Shown piece after piece: positions 37,796 through 46,208 of a stretch of 55,299 bases of DNA. The first letter of the stretch is position 1, and every line of letters starts with the position of its first letter. The stretch is from Candidatus Natronoplasma sp. (GTDB lineage: Archaea; Thermoplasmatota; Thermoplasmata; Halarchaeoplasmatales; Halarchaeoplasmataceae): contig JBMCXO010000001.1 of the NCBI GenBank assembly GCA_048621055.1, positions 1-55,299 of the forward strand, given 5' to 3'. Under the pieces are notes generated by a model that saw only the letters and a program-made list of their open reading frames with translations, did not search any database and was not told where the DNA came from. The translations under genes were made by a program, and so were the position numbers.

Positions 37796-38191
37796 CTAAA
37801 AGACATCTAAACTGTCGGGAAGATCGTTCTTTTTCCGTAAATAGTTGACCTGAGTCCTAGTGTAACGGTACTTGATATCACATTTTTCATCTTGAAAATC
37901 CCACGGATCCACTATCAAAAGATCATCTTCCCTTATCCACATCCGTTTTTTAAGTTTTCCTGGAATCCTGCCTAATCGAGATTTGCCGTCCTCACAGATT
38001 ACTCGAACTCGGGCTCCTCCAAGCATATTCTCAGCTATAGCAAACATCTGTCCTTCGCTTCTATTTGGGTAAGGCACCCTTACGACTTCATCTTCGTCTC
38101 CATTGCTCAAATTTATCAATATCCCATAAGATGTGGGCTTTATATATTCTTTGTTTAGAAGTAAGTAGGTTTCAAATTCAGAGTAGATCAT
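37796..38191 (-). CDS. eif1a: translation initiation factor aIF1A; the true start is probably downstream of the ORF start
   Basis: VRVPYPNRSEGQMFAIAENMLGGARVRVICEDGKSRLGRIPGKLKKRMWIREDDLLIV. The first ~27 codons are unconserved and contain a TATA-like box. In-frame TTG codons lie at 38119 and 38110. Confidence 0.88.
   Translation of the reverse strand: MIYSEFETYLLLNKEYIKPTSYGILINLSNGDEDEVVRVPYPNRSEGQMFAIAENMLGGARVRVICEDGKSRLGRIPGKLKKRMWIREDDLLIVDPWDFQDEKCDIKYRYTRTQVNYLRKKNDLPDSLDVF
38138..38149 (-). promoter_or_regulatory. TATA-box-like element GAATATATAAAG inside the annotated 5' end of the aIF1A ORF
   Basis: Lies about 20-35 nt upstream of the in-frame TTG codons at 38119 and 38110, spacing compatible with a leaderless or short-leader mRNA. 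Confidence 0.35.
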
Positions 38192-38654
38192 AAAGATATG
38201 GCCGAATTACATACGAAAGTGTGGCCATAATATTTACAAGCAGCAATAGAGAGACCAGCGCTACAGGTTGTGGATTGAGCACGAAAAAGAGAACCGTACC
38301 CCCTGCAGGAGGATGTTCTAACCATAGAGATACCATAGCTAGAATGGCCGCACCCAAAGCTAAAGAAACGGCCAATTCAGGAGATAAGATAGAGGGGGAG
38401 ATAGCACTAAATCCTAGACCTATAAGACCACATATAAAGTGACTACCGATCACGCGTCTTGGATTGGCCGTCTCACTATTTGGCATCGCGAAAACGATAA
38501 AGGCTGTAGAACCTGCAGCTGCTACAAGTACTATCTCCTCCCCCAATAACGGCAGATTGAGACCTAAATAAAGGACTAAAGCTGCAAGAAAGCTTTGACC
38601 GACATAATGTTTTATGGTTTCCTGTTTCAGTTTTCTATCGAATATTCTGACCAT
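38178..38654 (-). CDS. HPP-family membrane protein
   Basis: HPPAGGT motif and 4 TM segments. I prefer the ATG at 38654, because the longer ORF to 38921 is Ser-rich antisense of the acidic N-terminus of the next gene. Confidence 0.7.
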   Translation of the reverse strand: MVRIFDRKLKQETIKHYVGQSFLAALVLYLGLNLPLLGEEIVLVAAAGSTAFIVFAMPNSETANPRRVIGSHFICGLIGLGFSAISPSILSPELAVSLALGAAILAMVSLWLEHPPAGGTVLFFVLNPQPVALVSLLLLVNIMATLSYVIRPYLYDLL

Positions 38655-38790
38655 CGGCAAAGGATAAATAAAGACATAAAAAATACTTTTTGCCCAAAAC
38701 CGGTTATAAGGAATCGATAATGGTTCAATAAAAAACCTCTTTTGATGGAAAAGAATATAATATCCCCGGGTTTTCCTTAGACCGATAAAC

Positions 38791-39744
38791 ATGAAACTAG
38801 AAAAAATATACGAGCTAGCGATCAAGATGGGGATGGAAGGAGATGTCAGAGATGAAGAAGAATTGGAAAAAAAGCTGGAGGAAGCTAGGGAAGAATATGA
38901 AGAATTAGAAGGTAAAGACAAAGAAGTATTTGACGAGCAAAGATTGAAGAATCCATTCCATGACTCAAGACTGCTTCACGGAGATCCATCTACTGAAGTG
39001 AAGAGGATCTTGGCGGGGATAAACATCGATACAGGCGAGATCATGTTAGCCGATCGTTTATCTGAAAAAGGGGAAGATGTAGACCTCGTACTAGCACACC
39101 ATCCAAGAGGAATCGGTCTAGCTTCGATGTATGAAGTCATGGAACTTCAAAAGGATATGTTGGAAGAGTGGGGGGTACCGATCAATGTCGCTGAAGGGAT
39201 GGTGAATAAAAGGATGAAGGAAGTAGAAAGGAAAATCAAAGGGGCGAACTTCAATCAAAGCCTCGATGCTGCTAAACTCCTAGATATACCTATGATGTGT
39301 CTTCATACCGTTACGGATAATCTTGTGGAGTCCTTTTTGAGCGAGAAAATTGATGAGGAGGACTTCAAAAAAGTGGAGGATGTTTTGGAGTTCCTCAAAG
39401 ATATACCAGAATACCACGAAGCAAGAAAGTTCAATGCAGGACCTGATATAATCGTGGGTAGCGAGGATAATCGGGCGGGAAAAGTCGTAGTTGAGATGAC
39501 AGGTGGAACCGAAGGTAGCGAAGACTCATATGAGAAATTGGCCGACGCAGGCGTTGGGACCATAATCGGGATGCATCTAAGTGAAGATCATCGAGAAAAA
39601 GTAGAAGAAAATCATATCAATTACATAATAGCGGGCCACATGGCAAGCGATTCGCTCGGATTGAATGTGTTTTTAGACGAGCTAGAGAAAAACGGCGTCG
39701 AAATAGTTCCCTGTAGTGGGTTCATCAGGGTTTCGCGAAATTGA
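38791..39744 (+). CDS. NIF3/DUF34-family (GTP cyclohydrolase I type 2-like) metal-binding protein
   Basis: 317 aa with LVLAHHP...MCLHTVTDN...IIAGHMASD in the collinear pattern of NIF3 proteins. Confidence 0.65.
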   Translation: MKLEKIYELAIKMGMEGDVRDEEELEKKLEEAREEYEELEGKDKEVFDEQRLKNPFHDSRLLHGDPSTEVKRILAGINIDTGEIMLADRLSEKGEDVDLVLAHHPRGIGLASMYEVMELQKDMLEEWGVPINVAEGMVNKRMKEVERKIKGANFNQSLDAAKLLDIPMMCLHTVTDNLVESFLSEKIDEEDFKKVEDVLEFLKDIPEYHEARKFNAGPDIIVGSEDNRAGKVVVEMTGGTEGSEDSYEKLADAGVGTIIGMHLSEDHREKVEENHINYIIAGHMASDSLGLNVFLDELEKNGVEIVPCSGFIRVSRN

Positions 39745-40472
39745 TGATCGAGATAAAAGACCTCAGGAAGTCCTACGGGACTTTTGAAGCTCTAAAAGGG
39801 GTAGATTTCTTTTTGGAAGAAGGGGACATATACGCTCTTTTGGGCTCGAACGGCGCGGGTAAAACTACTCTGATAAAGATACTTACAGGTCTATTACAAC
39901 CATCTTCCGGTACTGCGAGGATCGACGGTCAATCTGCTAGGCATAACAAGAAGATCAGAGGTCGGTTTGGATACATGCCCGAACACCCAGACCTTTATGA
40001 AAAATTAACAGGTGAAGAATTCCTACATATGATGGGGTCACTAAAGGGTGTTGAGGAAGACATATTATCCGAGAAAATCGAAAGTCTATCTCTTGATCTA
40101 GAGATAAACGATCATCTACATAAAGAGATGGGGGGTTATTCTAAAGGTATGAAACAGAAGATCCTTTTCATGAACGCCGTCATAAACGACCCTCCTAATC
40201 TTATATTGGATGAACCAACGAACTCTTTAGATCCAAGATTTTCCCAAGATATCAAATCCAGGATAAAGGAATTGGCTTCGCGAGGGAAATGTATTCTGAT
40301 GAGTACTCACATCACTCCAGTTGCTGAAGACGTCGCAGATAAAGTAGGCATAATAGAGAAAGGACGTCTTGTAGCGGAAGGAACTGTGAACCAACTGAAA
40401 AGAGAAACTGGTTCGGATAACCTAGAACAGGTGTTCATAGAGGTGGTTAATCACGCCCAAAAAGATCCTTGA
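39744..40472 (+). CDS. ABC transporter ATP-binding protein (ABC-2 type)
   Basis: Walker A GSNGAGKTT, signature YSKGMKQK, Walker B LILDEPT. The ATG overlaps the upstream TGA. Confidence 0.9.
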   Translation: MIEIKDLRKSYGTFEALKGVDFFLEEGDIYALLGSNGAGKTTLIKILTGLLQPSSGTARIDGQSARHNKKIRGRFGYMPEHPDLYEKLTGEEFLHMMGSLKGVEEDILSEKIESLSLDLEINDHLHKEMGGYSKGMKQKILFMNAVINDPPNLILDEPTNSLDPRFSQDIKSRIKELASRGKCILMSTHITPVAEDVADKVGIIEKGRLVAEGTVNQLKRETGSDNLEQVFIEVVNHAQKDP

Positions 40473-40539
40473 ACTATTTTCTTCGGATATACTAAGATCT
40501 TACAGAGGATTTAAACGAAAGGTAAAAGAACATCCCGCG

Positions 40540-41928
40540 ATGATCTTATGGTTTATCCTTCTTATGTTCGGAGGTTTTTGGCTTATACTCTCGATGATAG
40601 AATTTCTAGCCGGTCTGGACGAACTTCTACTCGATCCCTCTCAAGGCAACGTACTCTTCAGTATTTTTTTCTTTTTTGTAGCAAAGTCCTCTGCAGAAAC
40701 GATCGAAGGAGTTTTGAAGGATAGGTCGCAGAAACATTATTTTTCCTCCCCCTTGAATCCAAGTTCTATTTTTTATTCCAAACTACTCAGAGTTTGGTTT
40801 TACAATCTTTTACTCTTCGGAGTAGCCATGAGCGTGACTTCATTGGTTGTCGGAATATGGAATATAGAACTACCTATCGATCGTAGATTTCTCATCCTAC
40901 TTTATACACTGATGGTTTTAGCACCTCTAGTCGGATTCAACATCTCTGTCACATCGCACGTCAAGAATAGATGGCTCAAGAAGATCAATTTGGTGATAGC
41001 TGGACAGATGATCACTCTTGCAGCTATAATTCTACACTCTGGACTCTCCCCTTTTTACCAGATCGGATATGCTATCTTGATGTTAGTAAGTTCTCTGATG
41101 ATAGCGGTTTTTTTGAACGCACCTTTATATGAAGAAGTATGGACCAATAGTAGTCAAAATACAGAAAGTTCAACACTTCACCATAAAGGCCTAGAACTGC
41201 CAAATTTTATCTCCGAACCCACTAGGTTGATAGCAGAGGTCGAATTCAAAAGAAGGTGGAGAAGAAGACAGGTTCTAGCTTCTATAGCGGTGGTCACTAT
41301 GATGGGGATTGGACTGATATTCATCTATTCAAGCCTTGGTCCTCGTCCTGATCTCGGTCTCGGTCTCGGGAAGTATTTCTATCCGTCCCTTATCGCGATG
41401 ACTGCTTTTTTGGCAGCGGTAATACATACCTTGATCCCGTCGCTTAATCTGTTCAGCAGAGACGGTGTCAGATTGTGGTGTATACGTACGCTTCCCAGCG
41501 AGATGAAAAAGATAGCGTCAGGAAAGGCATTAGCGATCATTTTAACGTCTCCGATCATGATCGTGATGATCGCTCTACCTCTACCGTTGATACTCGATTA
41601 TCCTCTCTCGTTCGTGGTCTTTTCTGCGTTTTCTTCATCCATATTCATATTCGTAATGAGCGGGATCGGCCTTTGGGCTGCAGCAAAATTTCCGAACTTC
41701 AACGAGAGTACAAAAGGGTCTCCAGACATCATAACGATGTATTCTATGATAATGTTAGCTATGATATTGTCTGTGATGTTTTTAAGTATCCCTTTCACTT
41801 TGATCGAGATGGACCGGATCCTTGCTATTTTGAGTGTGATACTTGCCGCAGACCTATCTGCTCTATTCATGATATCGATGTTCAAAAGAAGCTCGACTAT
41901 ATTAGAAAATATGGAATTGGACTTCTAG
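40540..41928 (+). CDS. polytopic membrane protein, putative permease partner of the ABC ATPase
   Basis: 462 aa with about 10-12 TM segments, directly downstream of the ATPase. No family motif recognised. Confidence 0.6.
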   Translation: MILWFILLMFGGFWLILSMIEFLAGLDELLLDPSQGNVLFSIFFFFVAKSSAETIEGVLKDRSQKHYFSSPLNPSSIFYSKLLRVWFYNLLLFGVAMSVTSLVVGIWNIELPIDRRFLILLYTLMVLAPLVGFNISVTSHVKNRWLKKINLVIAGQMITLAAIILHSGLSPFYQIGYAILMLVSSLMIAVFLNAPLYEEVWTNSSQNTESSTLHHKGLELPNFISEPTRLIAEVEFKRRWRRRQVLASIAVVTMMGIGLIFIYSSLGPRPDLGLGLGKYFYPSLIAMTAFLAAVIHTLIPSLNLFSRDGVRLWCIRTLPSEMKKIASGKALAIILTSPIMIVMIALPLPLILDYPLSFVVFSAFSSSIFIFVMSGIGLWAAAKFPNFNESTKGSPDIITMYSMIMLAMILSVMFLSIPFTLIEMDRILAILSVILAADLSALFMISMFKRSSTILENMELDF

Positions 41929-41968
41929 AATCCATAACAATATTATACATAAACACATTTGTATACAT

Positions 41969-42529
41969 ATGAAGTTACTCCTGTGTATAACCGGCGCTTC
42001 TGGTGTAATATATGGAAAAAGACTTCTTGAGGTCTTGAGTAAAATTGAAGATGTAAAGATAGAACTGATCGTATCTGAGGCGGGTAAAGACCTGCTGAAA
42101 AGTGAACTCAATATAGATCACCAGAGGTTGTCTCAGATAGCGGACGAAGTCTATGATCCTGAAGACCTAGACTCGCCGCCTTCCTCGGGTAGTTCATTAT
42201 ATGATGCCATGGCGATAGTGCCGTGTTCGATGTCATCTCTATCGAAGATCGCTAATGGTATATCTGATAATTTGATCACTAGAGCAGCAGCGGTTTTCTT
42301 GAAGGAGGATAGAAAGCTCGTATTGACACCGAGAGAGACCCCTATGACAACTACCTGGTTGAAGAACATGTATGAACTCTCCGCAGAGGGGGCGATAGTT
42401 TTACCCGCTATGCCTGGCTTCTATCACGAACCAGAATCCGTAGATGATATCGTAGACTTTATAGTAGGGAAGATCTTAGATTCGATGGGAATAGATAATT
42501 CGTTATTCGAGCGGTGGGATGAAAAGTAG
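41969..42529 (+). CDS. ubiX: flavin prenyltransferase UbiX
   Basis: LLLCITGASGVIYG...AIVPCSMSSLSKIANGISDNLITRAA...LTPRETP. Confidence 0.9.
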   Translation: MKLLLCITGASGVIYGKRLLEVLSKIEDVKIELIVSEAGKDLLKSELNIDHQRLSQIADEVYDPEDLDSPPSSGSSLYDAMAIVPCSMSSLSKIANGISDNLITRAAAVFLKEDRKLVLTPRETPMTTTWLKNMYELSAEGAIVLPAMPGFYHEPESVDDIVDFIVGKILDSMGIDNSLFERWDEK

Positions 42530-42598
42530 TGGGAGCGGACCAATTGAACCCTTTTCTTTATATAGTATTTAGCTTTTTGATTACAGCGGGATTTTATC

Positions 42599-42907
42599 AT
42601 GACCGAGCATTCCTTGACCGATGAACTGGAATCAGAGTTAGAAGTGATAGAGAGGACTATCAAGATTCTAGACGTGATCAAAGAGGAACAGCCCATCGGG
42701 ATAAGCAAGCTTAGTAAGAAAATGAATATAGAGGAACACAGGATAAGGTATTCTCTCCGTTTACTCCAGAAAGACAAAATCATAGAACCTACGAGTCATG
42801 GAGCTTCTCTTACAGAAAGGCACGAAAAATTTGAAAAAGATTTGACTGAAGACCTCAAAAAGATGAAAGAGACCATCGAAGAGCTCATCGAGATGCTTCC
42901 AAGATAA
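42599..42907 (+). CDS. small winged-helix DNA-binding protein
   Basis: 102 aa. PIGISKLSKKMNIEEHRIRYSLRLLQKDKII is wHTH-like, followed by a C-terminal coiled coil. Confidence 0.55.
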   Translation: MTEHSLTDELESELEVIERTIKILDVIKEEQPIGISKLSKKMNIEEHRIRYSLRLLQKDKIIEPTSHGASLTERHEKFEKDLTEDLKKMKETIEELIEMLPR

Positions 42908-42950
42908 AAAATGTTTAATAGGATATCCTTTTAGCATTTTGTTGCTAAAT

Positions 42951-43023
42951 GCCGTCGTAGCTCAATCGGCAGAGCACTCGGCTGTTAACCGAGCGGTTAG
43001 CGGTTCGAATCCGCTCGACGGCG
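42951..43023 (+). tRNA. tRNA-Asn (GUU)
   Basis: Cloverleaf read by hand. Acceptor GCCGTCG/CGACGGC, anticodon arm CTCGG-CTGTTAA-CCGAG, T arm AGCGG-TTCGAAT-CCGCT. No encoded CCA. Confidence 0.9.
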
Positions 43024-43060
43024 CTTCTTTAATTTTTTGGATTAAAAAGATCGTCATAGA

Positions 43061-43516
43061 TTAATGAGAAAACCTCTCGGAGAAATCGCTGAATTTTTGA
43101 TTTATATTTTCTTCGTATCTTAGGAAAAATAATGAGATTGAAAATGCAATGATCACGCTCACTACTATATCGATAGGAACATGAAGATCAAAATAAATAC
43201 GAGAATAAGCAACAATCATGGCATAACCTAAGAGCGGGAGTCTGTACTTCCATGACTTGAAAAACAATATGGGGGTGAAAGCCATTGCAGTATGGCCAGA
43301 TGGGAAACGTGGAGTTATCACTTCCAAGGCCGCATCCTCCGGTCTAGGTACACCAAATCCATATTTTAAAGAGTAGGTTATAATCAAAACAGAAACAAGC
43401 GAAACCAAATAGGTAGGAAATCTTTTTCTATCCTTGTAATACAATAATACCGGTACAAATAAGAAAACCACAACCCAGGTCATATGGGTCGATATTAAGA
43501 ATAATTCCCTAATCAT
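43061..43516 (-). CDS. PAP2-family membrane phosphatase
   Basis: 151 aa with the PSGHT and SRIYFDLHVPID (SRx5Hx3D) motifs. Confidence 0.85.
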   Translation of the reverse strand: MIRELFLISTHMTWVVVFLFVPVLLYYKDRKRFPTYLVSLVSVLIITYSLKYGFGVPRPEDAALEVITPRFPSGHTAMAFTPILFFKSWKYRLPLLGYAMIVAYSRIYFDLHVPIDIVVSVIIAFSISLFFLRYEENINQKFSDFSERFSH

Positions 43517-43659
43517 CTATTTGATATCAATTCGATTTATAGAATATAAATTTATCCCGAATAATCGTTCTGATAGTGAAATGTAGAATTCGATGATTTC
43601 ACGAAGCTACTACTTATAGTAAAAGGGCCGATTGTTTATACTATAAAAAAAAGATTTTC

Positions 43660-44252
43660 CTACTTTCTATCTATTATCAACTTTCCTAATACCAATGATA
43701 CGACTATGAATATGGATTCCACGACAAAAATGATAGCTGTATCGAAACTATAGAGAATAAAGATGTTCCTCCAACCTATCATTAAAGCCAATATAGGAAG
43801 ACCCGTCGGAGCTAACCCTAAAAAACTCCCAAATCCCGAACGTAAGCTCAGGGTTTTGCCCTTTTTCTCTTTGTAAAGTTCAGACAGCATGGTCAAGCTC
43901 GGAAACAGAAAAAGACCAGAGACATTCCCCAGTAGGGGAAAGATAACTATCATCATGATGTAGTTCAAAGTGGAGTCTATTAGTATCGTAGCTACACCGA
44001 ACGCCGCTATGGATAAGAGGATAAATTTTTCCTTCCAAATGAGTCTGAAAGAGCTCCGCAGGGGCAACTGAAGAATTGCATATAAGAATCTACATTCTGG
44101 AGAGGACAATCCCTGCCTGAGCATCAGATATCCTCCAAGCTCTCCTCAATACTCACCAATTAGGTTGGACCAGTCAATCGGCCGACAAACATGATCAAAC
44201 AAGCTAAAGATATGTAAGCTAAAGCAACTGTTTTCTGTTTTACTTTCTTCAT
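43660..44252 (-). pseudogene. MFS-transporter-like remnant (broken and truncated)
   Basis: A 30-codon MFS-like N-terminus (MKKVKQKTVALAYISLACLIMFVGRL, ATG at 44252) ends in a stop. It is followed out of frame by the 154-aa ORF 43660-44124 with MFS-like TM segments. In total this is about half the size of an MFS protein. Confidence 0.35.
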
Positions 44253-44333
44253 CGTCCTAGTATGTATTGGGATTCTTAAAGATTCAGTAGTAATCTTATA
44301 GATATAAGTTTAAAGAAATATTAGAGAATATAA

Positions 44334-44445
44334 TGCGAGGGATGGGATTTGAACCCACGGACCCCTACGGGACAGGATGTCCTATCAGACCCATGGAAGT
44401 TTGATCTTAAGTCCTGCGCCGTTGGCCTAGCTTGGCTACCCTCGC
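44334..44445 (-). tRNA. tRNA-Leu (UAA) with a 27-nt intron at the canonical 37/38 position
   Basis: Acceptor GCGAGGG/CCCTCGC, anticodon stem CAGGA/TCCTG, loop CTTAAGA interrupted by the intron (~44379-44405), long variable arm TCCCGTAGGGGTCC, T arm GTGGG-TTCAAAT-CCCAT. Confidence 0.88.
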
Positions 44446-44510
44446 ATTATGAGCTTCAGCGAGTAATCGAGGGGGAATGAGGAATATTTTATTCCTCAGC
44501 TACCCTCGCA
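44435..44510. repeat. 12-nt exact direct repeat GCTACCCTCGCA (44435-44446 and 44499-44510); the first copy is the 5' end of tRNA-Leu
   Basis: Read directly. A third CTCGCA lies at 44568-44573, giving a 63-64-nt spacing. Confidence 0.7.
44481..44496. promoter_or_regulatory. palindromic AT-rich element GGAATATTTTATTCCT, putative BRE/TATA of tRNA-Leu
   Basis: Lies 36-51 nt upstream of the tRNA 5' end. An identical 16-mer occurs at 44627-44642. Confidence 0.35.
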
Positions 44511-44626
44511 AGTTGAAACGAGTTTGCGAGTGAAACTTGCGTGTTAGTGGAAATTCTTTCCGCGTAACTCGCAGAAAGGAATGAGTTCACTGATTTCTTT
44601 TAATTTGTATCTTTGGTTAAGTGGAG

Positions 44627-44642
44627 GGAATATTTTATTCCT
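44627..44642. promoter_or_regulatory. second copy of GGAATATTTTATTCCT, putative radB promoter element
   Basis: Lies 67-82 nt upstream of the radB ATG. A related GGAATATTATAT occurs at 51084-51095. Confidence 0.3.
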
Positions 44643-44708
44643 TCGGAAGGAAGATGCGGAAATTTCTTACCATAAAGCATAATATCCCCTCACATATCTT
44701 CTTTTGTT

Positions 44709-45377
44709 ATGCGACTGCCTACAGGATGCAATTCGTTGGACACATTGCTCGGAAAGGGGATAGAGTCAGGGATAATCACCGAGTTTTTTGGTGAAGGAGG
44801 GAGCGGAAAGACCAACGTCTGTTTGCAGTTGGCAAAAAATGTAGCTTTGAAGGACAAAAGAACCATCTTTATCGACACCGAAGGTGTTTCAGTGGAGAGA
44901 TTAGAGCAGATCTCAGGAGAACGATCCGAGAAGGTGATGGAGAACACTATCTTCTTCAAACCTCATTCATTTTCAGAACAGGAAAAATGTATCAAAAAGG
45001 GCTCACGGTTAGCTCTGAACAGTGATAAAGATTTCAATCTATTCATCGTAGATAGTTTTACCACATTCTATAGATCTCTCTACAATTCAAAGAAAGAAGA
45101 CCGAATCTCTTCGAGATTAGGGCGCCTTTTGATAGAGCTGATGAGGGTCGCTAGGAAAAAAGATATTCCCGTTGTGATCACCACCCAGGTATACGAGAGT
45201 GATGACGGAAAAAAACCGGTAGGTGGTCACGTACTTTACCATAATGCCAAGACGATAGTTCTTCTAGAAGTGCTAGAATACAATATCAGAAGAGCTGTTC
45301 TCGAAAAACACAGATCGCAAGCGAAAGGTAAAAGCGCACGTTTCAAAATAACTGAAGACGGGATCGTGACCCCATGA
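44709..45377 (+). CDS. radB: DNA repair and recombination protein RadB
   Basis: 222 aa with LPTGCNSLDTLLGKGIESGIITEFFGEGGSGKT. RecA core only. Confidence 0.88.
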   Translation: MRLPTGCNSLDTLLGKGIESGIITEFFGEGGSGKTNVCLQLAKNVALKDKRTIFIDTEGVSVERLEQISGERSEKVMENTIFFKPHSFSEQEKCIKKGSRLALNSDKDFNLFIVDSFTTFYRSLYNSKKEDRISSRLGRLLIELMRVARKKDIPVVITTQVYESDDGKKPVGGHVLYHNAKTIVLLEVLEYNIRRAVLEKHRSQAKGKSARFKITEDGIVTP

Positions 45378-45433
45378 TCCCTAAATTCAATTAGATTCAA
45401 AAGGATTAAATAACTTAGCCAAATTCATTCATC

Positions 45434-46204
45434 ATGAAGCAGGTAAGGCCAGCCAATATCAGCGATGTATACGAACTTCGCGCTGAAACTATAGATTATT
45501 TTTTCCCTGAAAGGGATGATGAGATCAACTTTTGGGAAGAGATCGCCTCAGATTACGGAAAAGACGTGCTGCATCTCATGTGTGGTACAGGAGAGATATC
45601 CATGGGGCTGGCCAAGAAAGGTTTTAACGTTACCGCTCTAGACCTCACTAAAGCTATGATATATGTCGCCGAGGACAGGATCGAGGAAGAGGAAATAGAA
45701 AATATAGAATTGCTTAACGAAGACGCGAGATATTTTAGCTTGGACAAAAAATTTGACTTCGCTTTCGTTTCTACAGGAGATTACCATCACTTCACCTCTA
45801 GAGAGGATATTGATGAGTTTCTAGCCAAGTCTTACGCCCATTTGCGCCCCGGCGGTGCCTTGGCAATCGAATTGTTTCCACTACCCGATGATGATTTTCA
45901 AAGAGAACAGAAAGAATTCGAACCTTTAAGAGCTCCTCCTGAAGGTATGGACGTCTGGAAAACCAACCAGACTAGTTTCGATTCAAAATCACAGTTGCTT
46001 GAGATAAAAGAAGAATTGTTCGTCGATAAACAAGATGAAGCGAAGAGAGGTAAATACGACATCCAGTTAAAACTTTTTTCTAAAGAAGAGATGAAAAGTA
46101 TCTTGGAAGAATCAGGATTTGAGAATATAAGGTTCCTCGATAACGAGCATTTCACGCCTTATCTGAAAGATGCGGATACTTGGGTAGTGATCGCCGAGAG
46201 ATGA
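45434..46204 (+). CDS. class I SAM-dependent methyltransferase
   Basis: Motif I VLHLMCGTGE, then ALDLTKAMI. Confidence 0.85.
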   Translation: MKQVRPANISDVYELRAETIDYFFPERDDEINFWEEIASDYGKDVLHLMCGTGEISMGLAKKGFNVTALDLTKAMIYVAEDRIEEEEIENIELLNEDARYFSLDKKFDFAFVSTGDYHHFTSREDIDEFLAKSYAHLRPGGALAIELFPLPDDDFQREQKEFEPLRAPPEGMDVWKTNQTSFDSKSQLLEIKEELFVDKQDEAKRGKYDIQLKLFSKEEMKSILEESGFENIRFLDNEHFTPYLKDADTWVVIAER

Positions 46205-46208
46205 TCAT

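Noticed and set aside
38655-38921. N-terminal Ser-rich 89-aa extension of the HPP ORF.
   Set aside because: It is low-complexity antisense of the acidic N-terminus of the NIF3-like gene (38791-39744). The conserved HPP core starts near the ATG at 38654.
42951-44445. An integrated mobile element between or adjacent to the two tRNA genes.
   Set aside because: No integrase, transposase or phage-like gene is present. Only a PAP2 phosphatase and a decayed MFS fragment lie between the tRNAs. The repeats are reported as an observation only.
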